Source: a virus (taxonomy: Duplodnaviria; Heunggongvirae; Uroviricota; Caudoviricetes). Taken from it: a DNA stretch of 64,000 nucleotides. A program made the position numbers and the translations under genes. The stretch covers positions 22,292 to 86,291 of IMG/VR virus record IMGVR_UViG_2795385758_000004; one strand, written 5' to 3'. The notes below the pieces were generated by a model that saw only the letters and a list, made by a program, of their open reading frames with translations, did no database searches and was not told the origin of the DNA. The stretch's first letter is position 1. Each line of letters starts with the position of its first letter. Shown here in pieces: positions 10,524 to 19,056 of this stretch.

Positions 10524-11678
10524 GTGCCCTGGTCCACCAGCCCGACCGTTGCCGCCACGCGGTCGGGCGGTAAGTGGTCGGTCAATCCGGCCGTGCCAGC
10601 TCCCGCACCAAACGGCCGGTGGCACGCCATCATCGGGATCGATGCCGCACTGGCAGTGATGTGTGTCGGCGAGGTTGAGCTGACCGCCATGCAGGCCATG
10701 GGCGTGGTCTTGTCGGTACACCTTGACCGCGAGCTGGCGTTGGCCGCGGTGTACCAGCTGGCCGCGCAACGCTCGATCCTGATCACTCGCAACCTTGCGC
10801 TACAGGCCACATTCCAACAAGACCTCGCGCTGGCCGTCACCATGGAACGGGCGCTGTTCCTGGCCAAGGTGATCGGCATCGACCTAGCCAACGCGCTGGA
10901 GATGACCGGCACCATCGGCCTGCAACGCGTGGCCGCAATCGATCTGACGTGCAACCTGACGGCGCCGCGCTCGATCGGTTTCGACAAGCTGCTGCCCGTC
11001 GACCTGACACGCACCGTCTCGATGTCCTCGGCGCTGGTGATCGAGCGCGTCGCCAAGATCGACGCCGCACTGACGGTCACCACGGCCCGCGCCTGCACCC
11101 TCGGCTATCCGCCGGGCGGTTTGCCTGTCCTGGCCAGCTACACCACCGCCGGTGCGTTCACTCACAACATCGTGCGCAACTGCGACTTCATGGACTGCGT
11201 TGGGTGCGGTGCCGGAGGCGGCGGGGGTGGCGGTGACGGCGGCCTGGGCAGCACCGGACAGGGCGGCCGTAAAGGCGCATGGAACGCGCGCACCGTCGCC
11301 CGCAACAGCGAGATCCCCGGCTCCGCATTGACCCTGACCGGCATGGTGGGCGCGCCCGGAGCCGCGGGAGCCAAGGAGAAAGGCGGCGGCGCCGGCGGTG
11401 ACACCACATTCCTGATCAACGGAATCACCACCACGTGTGCCGGTGGCGCCGGCGGTAAAGGCGCCTACGCCGGCAACGGACTCAACCAGCCCGGCGAGGC
11501 TGCGGGCAACACCACCCTCAACGGCCAGACCTACACCGGCGGCGCACAAGCGGGCACCAACACCAACGGCAACTCACCCGGCGGCGGCGGCGGGGCCGGC
11601 TCGGGCGGCGCGTTCGGCTTCGCCAATCCCGGACGCCTCGGCGGAACGGGCATAGCACATATCCGGTCCTACCAATAG
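10524..11678 (+). CDS. glycine-rich minor tail protein
   Basis: The C-terminal GGGGGGGDGG...GAGGKGAY...GGGGGAGSGG tract is typical of mycobacteriophage minor tail proteins. Homolog of 27258..28313; both begin MPWST. Confidence 0.7.
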   Translation: MPWSTSPTVAATRSGGKWSVNPAVPAPAPNGRWHAIIGIDAALAVMCVGEVELTAMQAMGVVLSVHLDRELALAAVYQLAAQRSILITRNLALQATFQQDLALAVTMERALFLAKVIGIDLANALEMTGTIGLQRVAAIDLTCNLTAPRSIGFDKLLPVDLTRTVSMSSALVIERVAKIDAALTVTTARACTLGYPPGGLPVLASYTTAGAFTHNIVRNCDFMDCVGCGAGGGGGGGDGGLGSTGQGGRKGAWNARTVARNSEIPGSALTLTGMVGAPGAAGAKEKGGGAGGDTTFLINGITTTCAGGAGGKGAYAGNGLNQPGEAAGNTTLNGQTYTGGAQAGTNTNGNSPGGGGGAGSGGAFGFANPGRLGGTGIAHIRSYQ

Positions 11679-11692
11679 AAGGGAAAACCATT

Positions 11693-12076
11693 ATGGCATG
11701 GGGCATTTCGGCCTACCTGGCGAACAAGATTCTCGATCACATCTGCCGCAACGTGGCCTACACACCACCGGCAACCGTGTACGCCAAGATGCACACCGGC
11801 GATCCCGGCGCGAACGGAACGGCTAACGCATCCTCGGTGGCCACCCGCTACGCCTGCGCGTTCAACGCGGCGGCAGCCGGGTCGATCAGCCAATCCAACA
11901 CCCCCGAGCACACTCTCGGCGCCATGGAAAACATTGCCGGGGTGTCATTCTGGGATCACCCAACGGCCGGGAACTTCTTGTGGTCATCGCAGGCCGCCGC
12001 CTCCAAGTCCGGTGCCAGCGGCGACATCATCCGCATCAACACCGACACCCTCGCACTCGGCCCGCTGGCGGCATGA
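11693..12076 (+). CDS. hypothetical protein (tail/lysis boundary)
   Basis: 127 aa ORF with a ribosome binding site. Position-equivalent to 26398..26760 in prophage B. Confidence 0.45.
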   Translation: MAWGISAYLANKILDHICRNVAYTPPATVYAKMHTGDPGANGTANASSVATRYACAFNAAAAGSISQSNTPEHTLGAMENIAGVSFWDHPTAGNFLWSSQAAASKSGASGDIIRINTDTLALGPLAA

Positions 12077-12219
12077 TGCGCCGCCAGCTGCTCATCTATC
12101 CGGCCCTCTACCTCGCCGTGTTCGCCGTCGCGTTCCGCCTCGGCTGGTGGGCATCGGACCAGCTTTCGTCCTACGCCCAAGAAATCGACCCACGTATCGA
12201 AAAGGAGTACACCCGATGA
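12073..12219 (+). CDS. small single-TM membrane protein preceding lysin A
   Basis: ATGATG start overlaps the upstream TGA, and its stop overlaps the lysA ATG (ATGA). 48 aa with hydrophobic core LLIYPALYLAVFAVAF. 47-aa homolog at 26252..26395. Confidence 0.4.
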   Translation: MMRRQLLIYPALYLAVFAVAFRLGWWASDQLSSYAQEIDPRIEKEYTR

Positions 12220-12872
12220 GCTTTCGCACTGTTAACGGCAACACCCATACCGAGGACGGCTGGCGGTGCTGCAATCGGGATGAATGCGACATCGTGCGCA
12301 TACCCGAGCTGTACCTCGTCGATACCGCACCGCTGCGCAAGGGCGCTCCGCTGACCATCCTCGGCGCCTGGCTGTACTGGTATGACCGCAACGTCGAAGA
12401 GATCACCTCCCCGGTCTGGGGGTGGTCTGCCACTAACGATGTCCTCGGCACTCCGGGTCGTAACGACGGCTCTAATCACTTGTCGGGTACCGCTGTTGAC
12501 GTGATGGCACCCAAGTACCCATGGCAGCAGTACACGATGAACGCCGCCACACAGGCCAAGGTCCGCAAGGGCCTGGCGCTGTTCGAGGGCTCGGTGTTTT
12601 GGGGACGTGACTGGTCGCGCCCCGACGAGATGCACTACCAGATGGCCTGGCCCGAGGGCGACAAACGCAATGACGCGTTCGCCGACAAGCTGCGCGCCGG
12701 ATACCTCGGCATCTACGCCCCCGCACAGCCTCCAGCGCCCGTGCAGAAACGTTTCCCGCAAGACCTTTCCGACCGCGAGCTGCTGGAGTACATCGCCGAA
12801 CAACTCGGACCAGGACACCCTGACTGGGCATCCAAGGGCATGACGCTGCGCGACAAGGTGTGGTCCAAGTGA
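12216..12872 (+). CDS. lysA: lysin A, single-domain peptidase M15-like endolysin
   Basis: ATG at 12216 with AAGGAG ribosome binding site. The longer upstream extension in the track overlaps the preceding gene in another frame and was not used. SNHLSGTAVD ... DEMHY matches the SxHxxGxAxD / DxxH LAS-peptidase signature. Sits immediately upstream of lysB. Confidence 0.7.
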   Translation: MSFRTVNGNTHTEDGWRCCNRDECDIVRIPELYLVDTAPLRKGAPLTILGAWLYWYDRNVEEITSPVWGWSATNDVLGTPGRNDGSNHLSGTAVDVMAPKYPWQQYTMNAATQAKVRKGLALFEGSVFWGRDWSRPDEMHYQMAWPEGDKRNDAFADKLRAGYLGIYAPAQPPAPVQKRFPQDLSDRELLEYIAEQLGPGHPDWASKGMTLRDKVWSK

Positions 12873-14044
12873 TCCGCATCGGCGACCGCAACCAAGCCGT
12901 CCGGCAGTGGCGCGCCGTGATGAACGACCGATACGGGCCGCTCTACACCCGGCTACTGGGACCGCTGCCCCGCGACACCGACGAATTCGGTCCCCGCGCC
13001 GCGTCCTGGGCAGCCGAGTACCAGCGCCGCACCGGCCAGATCCCCACCGGGCAGGTGTCCGATAACGACCTGCGCGCACTGGGCATCACGCCCCCGGCCC
13101 CGCCCGCCAACCGGCACCTCGGGCTGATGTTCCGGGGCACCGGAGGCATCATCGGCCAGGACTACGTATCTCGCGTCATGCAGGCCGTGGCCAACCTCGT
13201 TGAAGAGGTACACCCCGAATTCGCCGCAACCATGGGCGGGCTGCCGGTCGGCGCCGCGGGCGGCCCGGGCGACATATCGATGGCCAAGGCCGTCGACATC
13301 GCCGAGGCCGACGCACAACGCATCTTCACCGAGCGCTACCGCGCCAACCCCAACATCAAGGTCGTCATCGGCGGATACTCGGCCGGCGCGGTCGCGGGCG
13401 CCCGGTTCCGCGCGTGGCTGCTGGAGCACTACCCGAACAACTACCTGTGCTCATTCAGCATCGGCGATCCCACCCGCCCGTACGGTGGCAGCTACTACGG
13501 CGGTCCCGTCCTTGCTGGACAGGGCATTTCGTCGTGGCGGTTCGGCGATGTCAAGGACTACCGGCACTGCTGGCTCACCGACCCCGGCGACATGTACGGC
13601 AACATCCCCCTCGGTGTCGTCGGGGACATCATGGACGACTGTTTCGACATGGTGACCGCGTTTCAGCTCTCGGATCCGCTCGGGGCCGCTGGCGCCATCC
13701 TGCCGAAAATCCCCGAGATCGCCACCAAGGCCTTGGGTATCGAGCTGCCCGCCATATTCGGCGCCCTCTCTGGCGGCCCGGCCGGCATCGGAGCCATCGG
13801 CCTACCCATGGTGCTCGGCGGTCTACAGGGACTACTCGGCTGGGGCGATATCAACAAGCTCACCGGGCCCGCGGCCGCGGCGCAGGCCGCCTTGATCGCG
13901 CTGCGTTTCGTCACCACCAGCCCACCGACCGCCGCGCATATTCAATACGAATACCGCGAGGTCTGGCCCGGCCAAACCTATCTCGGCCTCGCCATCCAGC
14001 ACGTGCGCGACTGGGCCAGCCGCACCCCCGCCATAGCCGCGTAG
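12860..14044 (+). CDS. lysB: lysin B (mycolylarabinogalactan esterase) with N-terminal peptidoglycan-binding-like domain
   Basis: GGYSAGA matches the GxSxG serine esterase motif in a cutinase-like fold. GTG start at 12860, or alternatively GTG at 12869 overlapping the lysA TGA (GTGA). About 95% identical to 24436..25620. Confidence 0.85.
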   Translation: MVQVIRIGDRNQAVRQWRAVMNDRYGPLYTRLLGPLPRDTDEFGPRAASWAAEYQRRTGQIPTGQVSDNDLRALGITPPAPPANRHLGLMFRGTGGIIGQDYVSRVMQAVANLVEEVHPEFAATMGGLPVGAAGGPGDISMAKAVDIAEADAQRIFTERYRANPNIKVVIGGYSAGAVAGARFRAWLLEHYPNNYLCSFSIGDPTRPYGGSYYGGPVLAGQGISSWRFGDVKDYRHCWLTDPGDMYGNIPLGVVGDIMDDCFDMVTAFQLSDPLGAAGAILPKIPEIATKALGIELPAIFGALSGGPAGIGAIGLPMVLGGLQGLLGWGDINKLTGPAAAAQAALIALRFVTTSPPTAAHIQYEYREVWPGQTYLGLAIQHVRDWASRTPAIAA

Positions 14045-14177
14045 ATCAGTCCGCCCCCGCGCGAGGAGAGCGCGCTGGGACTCCCCACACCGTAGCGCTC
14101 CCTATCCATGGCGCCATCGAAAAAACTCCCCCTGAACTGCCCAAACCCTGTTATCCACAACCCCGAGAGGACCCGTC

Positions 14178-14405
14178 ATGCCCAACCCCATACCCCAAAA
14201 CGACACCACCCGCCTCATCGTCTACGCGGTCATGTTCATCGTCGTGTTCGCCGGAACCGTGGCCATGATCATCTCAGGGAAAATGGACGCCGCCAGCGGA
14301 CTGCAATGGGTGATTTCCATTGCCGGTCTCATCGGTACCGGCCTGCCGGGCCTCAAACTCGCCCAAGATATCCGCGGGAGCGGGCCGGACGGGTCGGCCG
14401 AGTGA
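14178..14405 (+). CDS. holin-like protein, two predicted TM helices
   Basis: 75 aa with GAGAGGA ribosome binding site. Two hydrophobic segments (LIVYAVMFIVVFAGTVAMII and WVISIAGLIGTGLPGL). Directly downstream of lysB. Confidence 0.55.
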   Translation: MPNPIPQNDTTRLIVYAVMFIVVFAGTVAMIISGKMDAASGLQWVISIAGLIGTGLPGLKLAQDIRGSGPDGSAE

Positions 14406-14653
14406 CCCCCGAGATAATCCAGGCGCTCGGCGTGGCCATCGCTGCGATTCTGACCGCGTGGCAAGCAATGACATCGCGGAAGGTTCGCGAACTCGAGGCC
14501 CGGATCAAGGCGGTCGAGAAGGAACGCGACCAGTTCCGCGACAAGCTCAGGGCCGCGGTGCGACACATCCGCGACTGGATGGGATGGGCCATGCACCACG
14601 CGCCCGGACAGGCCCCACCGCCGCTGCCGACAGAACTCGTCGACGAGGTGTAG
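14402..14653 (+). CDS. second lysis-cassette membrane protein (1 TM + coiled coil)
   Basis: GTG overlaps the upstream TGA (GTGA). One TM segment (ALGVAIAAILTAW) then a charged coiled-coil region. Homolog at 23753..24004. Confidence 0.5.
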   Translation: MTPEIIQALGVAIAAILTAWQAMTSRKVRELEARIKAVEKERDQFRDKLRAAVRHIRDWMGWAMHHAPGQAPPPLPTELVDEV

Positions 14654-14680
14654 CCCCCCGACTCGGAGTTAGACAGCTTG

Positions 14681-14727
14681 CCCAAAGGTGCCCCCGCTCA
14701 AACACACTGAGCGGGGGCACCTTTGGG
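14681..14727. terminator. bidirectional stem-loop terminator between convergent operons
   Basis: Perfect 20-bp inverted repeat cccaaaggtgcccccgctca / tgagcgggggcacctttggg around a 7-nt loop. Lies between the end of the + strand lysis genes and the end of the - strand toxin/immunity operon. Confidence 0.6.
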
Positions 14728-14733
14728 CGTTCG

Positions 14734-15006
14734 CTACTGCGAGTATCCGGGGCCGTAGGTGGTCGTCCCGGGTGGCACTATAGACTGCCCGATAGCCAGT
14801 ACTAGAATGAAGACCACAGATCCCGCCGCGGCGGCCAGCATCCCGATCGAGAAGGGGCGGGACTTCGGCGGTATGTAAGTTCCTATGCCGACTAGCACGA
14901 GAAGTACCGGCGTGAACATGTAGAGGTAGACCGCCAGGGAGAAAGCGGCAGACCCGGCCAGCAGACCGGCAATAGTCAGGTATCGGTTCATGTGATCGCC
15001 ACCCAA
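14734..15006 (-). CDS. small membrane protein (second immunity candidate)
   Basis: 90 aa with 2-3 hydrophobic helices. Lower GC than the surroundings. Last gene of the - strand toxin operon. Confidence 0.4.
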   Translation of the reverse strand: MGGDHMNRYLTIAGLLAGSAAFSLAVYLYMFTPVLLVLVGIGTYIPPKSRPFSIGMLAAAAGSVVFILVLAIGQSIVPPGTTTYGPGYSQ

Positions 15007-15269
15007 AATATGCCCAACAGGTACGTGATGGCACCCGGAAGCGGGGACAGCATTATCCCGCGTGCGTAGTCGCCCAATTGAGGGGACAGCGATTTCATCG
15101 CGAACCCGACAATCGGAAGAACGATGAACAGGCCGAGGATCGTCAAATAGATTGTGGTGCTTTCCAACCCGCCATGGGCCACGAAGAATGACGCGAGCGC
15201 GCCGTAGGCGACAGCAGACGCTATTGCTGCCGTGAAGACGACCCGCTTGTCACTACTGGTGTCATTCAT
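14988..15269 (-). CDS. membrane protein, candidate immunity protein for the adjacent toxin
   Basis: ATG lies 4 nt after the toxin stop. 93 aa with three hydrophobic segments. Lower GC than the surroundings. Confidence 0.45.
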   Translation of the reverse strand: MNDTSSDKRVVFTAAIASAVAYGALASFFVAHGGLESTTIYLTILGLFIVLPIVGFAMKSLSPQLGDYARGIMLSPLPGAITYLLGIFWVAIT

Positions 15270-15273
15270 CGAA

Positions 15274-16596
15274 TCACCCTACTGGGACTGTGGGAATGCG
15301 GTCAGTGGGTCCGAGCTGCGTTCCGGGGGTTGCGATCGGTATATCCCCTCGCGCGGCCGCAGTCGGTACGTGGAATTGGTTGACCAGTGACGCGTCGCCT
15401 TCCGAGTGCGACATGGGCAGTTGAAACAGCGGCCCGAATTCGTTGTGTCCCAGGCTTGGCATGTACTGAACCGCAGCCTGGTCGCCGTGGTAGATCTCCA
15501 GCGCAGGAAAGCTGGTGACCGTTCCGCCGACCTGAATGCCCGAATCGGTTGGCACTAGAGCTATATCGCCTTTCACGGTGTGAAATGACCCCTGGCCTGA
15601 TATCAGGCCGCCCGGTAGGAATCCATCCGCGGACTCGTATTGGATGTTGAGGGCATTACCCTTTTGCTTCACCGAGACATCAGGGTTGGTGCCTACTGCC
15701 ACTGCGCCAGTATCAGCATTGACCGACGGATTCTGGCGGTGGATCACCGCGCCGTTGTCGAAGTCTACGAGCATGCTCACGCGAGAGTGCTCGGGTGACG
15801 CATTCCGGTCGAAACCACGGTTATCGCCCCGGTCCTTGCCGAAGTTCCAGACCTTCTCACCGGGAATGAACGCGTTGATCTGCACCTGCCCTTTGCCCGG
15901 TTGCGGCTCAATCTTGGCAACCTTGATGTCGGACTCGACCCCCTTGTACTTAGGGTCATAGTTGTGCGCGTCCAGCATCGCCGCTGTGTGCCAGTCGGCG
16001 GGAGTTGTTGGCGCTCTTTTGAATACCTCTCGGAATGCAAACTCCTGGTTTTCGCGGGGCGACTTAATGCGGTCCAGCTCGCCGAGTATCCCGGTCATCG
16101 ACACCGGGAGTGACGATGGTTTCTCGTCACCGTCTGCGAGATTGACGGCGTGCGTCAGGGTGGCATCGGCGGCGTCACCGTCGGCCACGGCTCGCTTGAT
16201 CGCGTCGGTCAGCTCTGCCGCCTGCTGAGCCGCTTCCGGCTTGTCCGACAGCGGTTTTACCGCTCCGGTGGCGTAGTCGATCGAGAACTTGCCCCGTGCC
16301 TCGTTCTCGATCTTGCTCAGCTTGGCTTTGGCTGCCTCGAACTCGTCGGCCGCCTCGCGCATCTTGGCGGCCGCGGCCTGGCGCCCTTCGGAGTGGGTGC
16401 CGATGAGCTTGCCGAAGACTCCGAGCTCGGTGTCGGCGGTGGTGGCAGCGACCCCGGTCCAGTTGCCGACATGGGGCAGGTTGGGGAACGAGTTCTTGAT
16501 ATCGCTGAGCGAGGTCGCTTGCTTCTCCAGCGCCGCGGCGACATCGCGGATCATCTGGACGTCGACCTTCTTGAGATCCGCGGGGGTGAGTGACAT
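15274..16596 (-). CDS. polymorphic toxin with N-terminal WXG100-like (type VII secretion substrate) domain and an uncharacterised C-terminal domain
   Basis: 440 aa. N-terminal helical domain has NWTGVAAT, a W-x-G motif. Its start abuts the stop of the upstream WXG100 gene. The C-terminal roughly 250 aa matches nothing I recognise. Confidence 0.6.
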   Translation of the reverse strand: MSLTPADLKKVDVQMIRDVAAALEKQATSLSDIKNSFPNLPHVGNWTGVAATTADTELGVFGKLIGTHSEGRQAAAAKMREAADEFEAAKAKLSKIENEARGKFSIDYATGAVKPLSDKPEAAQQAAELTDAIKRAVADGDAADATLTHAVNLADGDEKPSSLPVSMTGILGELDRIKSPRENQEFAFREVFKRAPTTPADWHTAAMLDAHNYDPKYKGVESDIKVAKIEPQPGKGQVQINAFIPGEKVWNFGKDRGDNRGFDRNASPEHSRVSMLVDFDNGAVIHRQNPSVNADTGAVAVGTNPDVSVKQKGNALNIQYESADGFLPGGLISGQGSFHTVKGDIALVPTDSGIQVGGTVTSFPALEIYHGDQAAVQYMPSLGHNEFGPLFQLPMSHSEGDASLVNQFHVPTAAARGDIPIATPGTQLGPTDRIPTVPVG

Positions 16597-16917
16597 CTAC
16601 ATCACCGATGCGTCGGGATAGAGGCGAGTCTGAAAGATGTTGATCTTCGATTGCTCGTCGGTGGTCGTGAATGCATGCCCACAGGTGTCGAACGCGTCTC
16701 GATAGTGGGTCAGCTCGTTCTCGATATGCCGGGATTGCGCCGCCCAATCGGTCATCTTTGCCCGCAGCGCCGCAGCCGACGAGCCAACCCACCCGGTAGA
16801 CGCAGCCTCGATCGCTGCGTTGGTAGCCGCGTGGGTCTCGATGTGCTCAGCGCGGTGCATGTCCATGCGATCGGCTGACATCCGTAGACGCTCGGGCTCG
16901 ACGCTCATTGCGTCCAT
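16597..16917 (-). CDS. WXG100 (ESAT-6/CFP-10-like) family protein
   Basis: 106 aa helical protein carrying TGWVGSSAAAL, a W-x-G motif, at the expected position. Confidence 0.7.
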   Translation of the reverse strand: MDAMSVEPERLRMSADRMDMHRAEHIETHAATNAAIEAASTGWVGSSAAALRAKMTDWAAQSRHIENELTHYRDAFDTCGHAFTTTDEQSKINIFQTRLYPDASVM

Positions 16918-16965
16918 GTCGTACCCCCTCGGTGGTAGCTGAGTGGACTATACGATAGGCCGGTT

Positions 16966-17208
16966 CTAGCGGCCACGGGTTGCCAGCTCGGGGCATTCAG
17001 ACATGACTTCCCGATCGACGGCAGCTTTCGCGGCGGTGTAGTTGGGATAGATCGGCTGATCCTCTGAGAACGTCAGGGCTACGTCGACGGGCCCCATGCC
17101 AGGGTATTTGCGCAGCATGTCGCACACAATTCCAGTTGGCCGAGGGCTGGCGTGCGCAATTAGTGCGCACCCGAGGGTGATCATCACGGCCAGCATGAGC
17201 GCCCTCAT
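16966..17208 (-). CDS. small secreted protein (signal peptide)
   Basis: N-terminus MRALMLAVMITLGCALIAHA is signal-peptide like. 80 aa. Confidence 0.45.
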   Translation of the reverse strand: MRALMLAVMITLGCALIAHASPRPTGIVCDMLRKYPGMGPVDVALTFSEDQPIYPNYTAAKAAVDREVMSECPELATRGR

Positions 17209-17618
17209 TCGATGTGCCCCGGCTCGCCGTCAGGGATGGCGTCGGCCCAGACGATGTAGCGTTCCCGCTGGGTAACCGTGGTCGGGTCAGAGTAAGACGT
17301 GGATAGCTCGCAGCCATCGGCGTGGTAGCGGCCGTAGTCGTCGATCCGCCCCTGGCACTTAGTCCTATTGCCACCGATATGGGTGAAAGTGCGGTATCTC
17401 ACCCAAGCAATGTTGCCGCTGCCACTTACTTCCACCGGGCTGTCACATAGCTGACGGATGCTGGGATTCAGCCCGAGAATAGCGTCGCGCTGGCAGTGGA
17501 AGATCTCCGGTAGTCCCATATCGGAAGGGTCGCCGGGCGCCGCATTGGCGGGCGTGGCGAGCGCGATAGCAGCCAATGGAACCATGAGCGGCAATGCCCA
17601 CTTTCCGATTCGCATCAT
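17205..17618 (-). CDS. secreted Cys-containing protein
   Basis: Signal peptide MMRIGKWALPLMVPLAAIALATPANA. 137 aa with 4 Cys. ATGA overlap with the downstream gene. Confidence 0.45.
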   Translation of the reverse strand: MMRIGKWALPLMVPLAAIALATPANAAPGDPSDMGLPEIFHCQRDAILGLNPSIRQLCDSPVEVSGSGNIAWVRYRTFTHIGGNRTKCQGRIDDYGRYHADGCELSTSYSDPTTVTQRERYIVWADAIPDGEPGHIE

Positions 17619-17787
17619 GCGCGGATCGTACTTCGATCGGCTAGTTTCCGGCCAGGAATGCCACCAGCCGATCTACCTTGCCGATTCCGTCGAAATGACG
17701 CGGCGCGCGTGAAGTGTCCCGGCCGCCAGCCCACAGCACTACGCCCGTCTGGCTGTAGGCGACGCTGGCATAGGCGGGAGTGCCGGG

Positions 17788-17822
17788 CAGTCGATACACA
17801 CACTCACGGTGTGTATCGACTG
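17788..17822. repeat. perfect 14-bp inverted repeat hairpin 3' of integrase A
   Basis: cagtcgatacacac actcacg gtgtgtatcgactg. Located 87 bp beyond the integrase A stop. Possible terminator or protein-binding site. Confidence 0.5.
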
Positions 17823-17908
17823 CCCTGTCACCGTCATTGGAAATCCAGCCGTGCTGACGTGCAGCGGCGTCGACCTCGCGCTGGCCGGTCATCGCGCGAA
17901 CGGTTCGA

Positions 17909-18808
17909 TCATGTTGATTGCCTCTCGATTGCGCTGGCTGAACGCCGGCGGGTCGCTGCCTTCTTGGTTCGAGGTGAAGCGCACAGCCGTGACGCCAGTG
18001 CGTCAACGCCAACCGCACCGCGCCGCGTGTTGTAGCCGAGGTAAACCATTGTGGTAGCAAGGCTTTGGTGCCCAAGGGCTTCTTGGATATACCGGATATC
18101 GACGCCAAGCTCGTTGAGCGCGGTTGCGAAGCGGTGCCGCAACGTGTGCAGCGTGTACGGCAGCTTGAGGCCCGCCAAGAAGTCCGAAGACACCACCGAC
18201 ACGTAGTTCGGAGTCACCTGCCCTCCAAGCGGACGGCGGAACATCGGTCCAGCCTGGCTGAGCTGAATGGCCAGCCGTGCCTGTACCTCCGGCGGGACAC
18301 GAACGATGCGTTGCTTTCCACCCTTGCCATGCACGGTCAGGAACGCGCCGCCATTCTCATCGGGGCGAAAGTCGGTGCGAGACATCTGCGCGATCTCCCC
18401 AGCGCGCAGACCGCAGTATCCGGCCAGTAGTAGCCACGCGTGCATGTCTGAGCCGGCGGGGGCGGCCAGCAATGCCAGGCGTAGGTGATCCTCGGGAATG
18501 GGACGCGGCATCCGGCGTTTGAGCTTGGGCTGTACGAGGCTGGCGGTTGGGTCCTCGTCGATGAGCCTGCCGCGGTGAGCCCATCTGTAGAACGCGCAGA
18601 CGTGCGAGGTGTAGGTCTGAATACTAGAAGGGCACACTCGAAGCGACCGTTGCCATGCTTCGAGCTGCGCGGGGGTTGCATCTAGGAGGGGGGTATCACC
18701 GAGCCAGCGCGCGAGCCGGTCTATCTGGCCGAGCCTGTGCTCGATCGTCTTCGGGGTCATGTTGCGCAGACGCAGGTGTGCTGTGAACTCGCTGAGGGTG
18801 TTTTCCAT
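17909..18808 (-). CDS. int: tyrosine recombinase / phage integrase (Xer-like, 299 aa)
   Basis: N-terminal SAM-like core-binding domain. C-terminal catalytic motifs HTLRHRFAT and ALGHQSLATTMVYL carry the R..H..R..Y signature. About 75-80% identical to integrase B. Confidence 0.85.
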   Translation of the reverse strand: MENTLSEFTAHLRLRNMTPKTIEHRLGQIDRLARWLGDTPLLDATPAQLEAWQRSLRVCPSSIQTYTSHVCAFYRWAHRGRLIDEDPTASLVQPKLKRRMPRPIPEDHLRLALLAAPAGSDMHAWLLLAGYCGLRAGEIAQMSRTDFRPDENGGAFLTVHGKGGKQRIVRVPPEVQARLAIQLSQAGPMFRRPLGGQVTPNYVSVVSSDFLAGLKLPYTLHTLRHRFATALNELGVDIRYIQEALGHQSLATTMVYLGYNTRRGAVGVDALASRLCASPRTKKAATRRRSASAIERQST

Positions 18809-18846
18809 GGCAAATGAATAACGGCTACTTACTCGCGACCGCGGGG

Positions 18847-19012
18847 TTGTTGCAGGTCAGATGCTTTCCTGAGCGGAAAACGTGACCCGAACTCGCGCGA
18901 CGCCCGATGCGCTTATACGGTTCATACTCACGAGTATGAACCGTATAAGTCCGCGTTCCGGCGCGCCAGCTCAGGTCACGGTTTCCGCTCGGGGAAGCAA
19001 CTGACCTGCAAC
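18847..19012. repeat. large imperfect palindrome between divergent integrase genes with perfect 18-bp core inverted repeat (candidate shared att core / recombinase site)
   Basis: Outer arms ctgacctgcaacaa are identical on both sides. Inner arms are about 85% identical. The core cttatacggttcatactc ac gagtatgaaccgtataag (18912..18949) is a perfect inverted repeat. Confidence 0.55.
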
Positions 19013-19056
19013 AAGTCCACCCGTTCGGTTTCCTAGCAAAAGGACGGGCTGTACTT

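Noticed and set aside
11934-12215. Upstream extension of lysin A starting at 11934
   Set aside because: It overlaps the preceding gene in another frame and gives a Pro/Arg-rich junk N-terminus. ATG 12216 has an AAGGAG ribosome binding site and is conserved in the second copy.
18847-19012. Interpretation of the central palindrome as a hairpin telomere of a linear phage or plasmid
   Set aside because: The flanking arms are diverged (about 5-30% at protein level), not a perfect fold-back. The perfect part is only an 18-bp inverted repeat around a 2-bp centre, which is the size of a tyrosine recombinase core site. Kept only as a remote alternative.
18809-19056. tRNA gene as attB between the integrases
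   Set aside because: No cloverleaf-compatible sequence or conserved T-loop (GTTCxAxTC) recognised by eye. Cannot be excluded without a tRNA scan.
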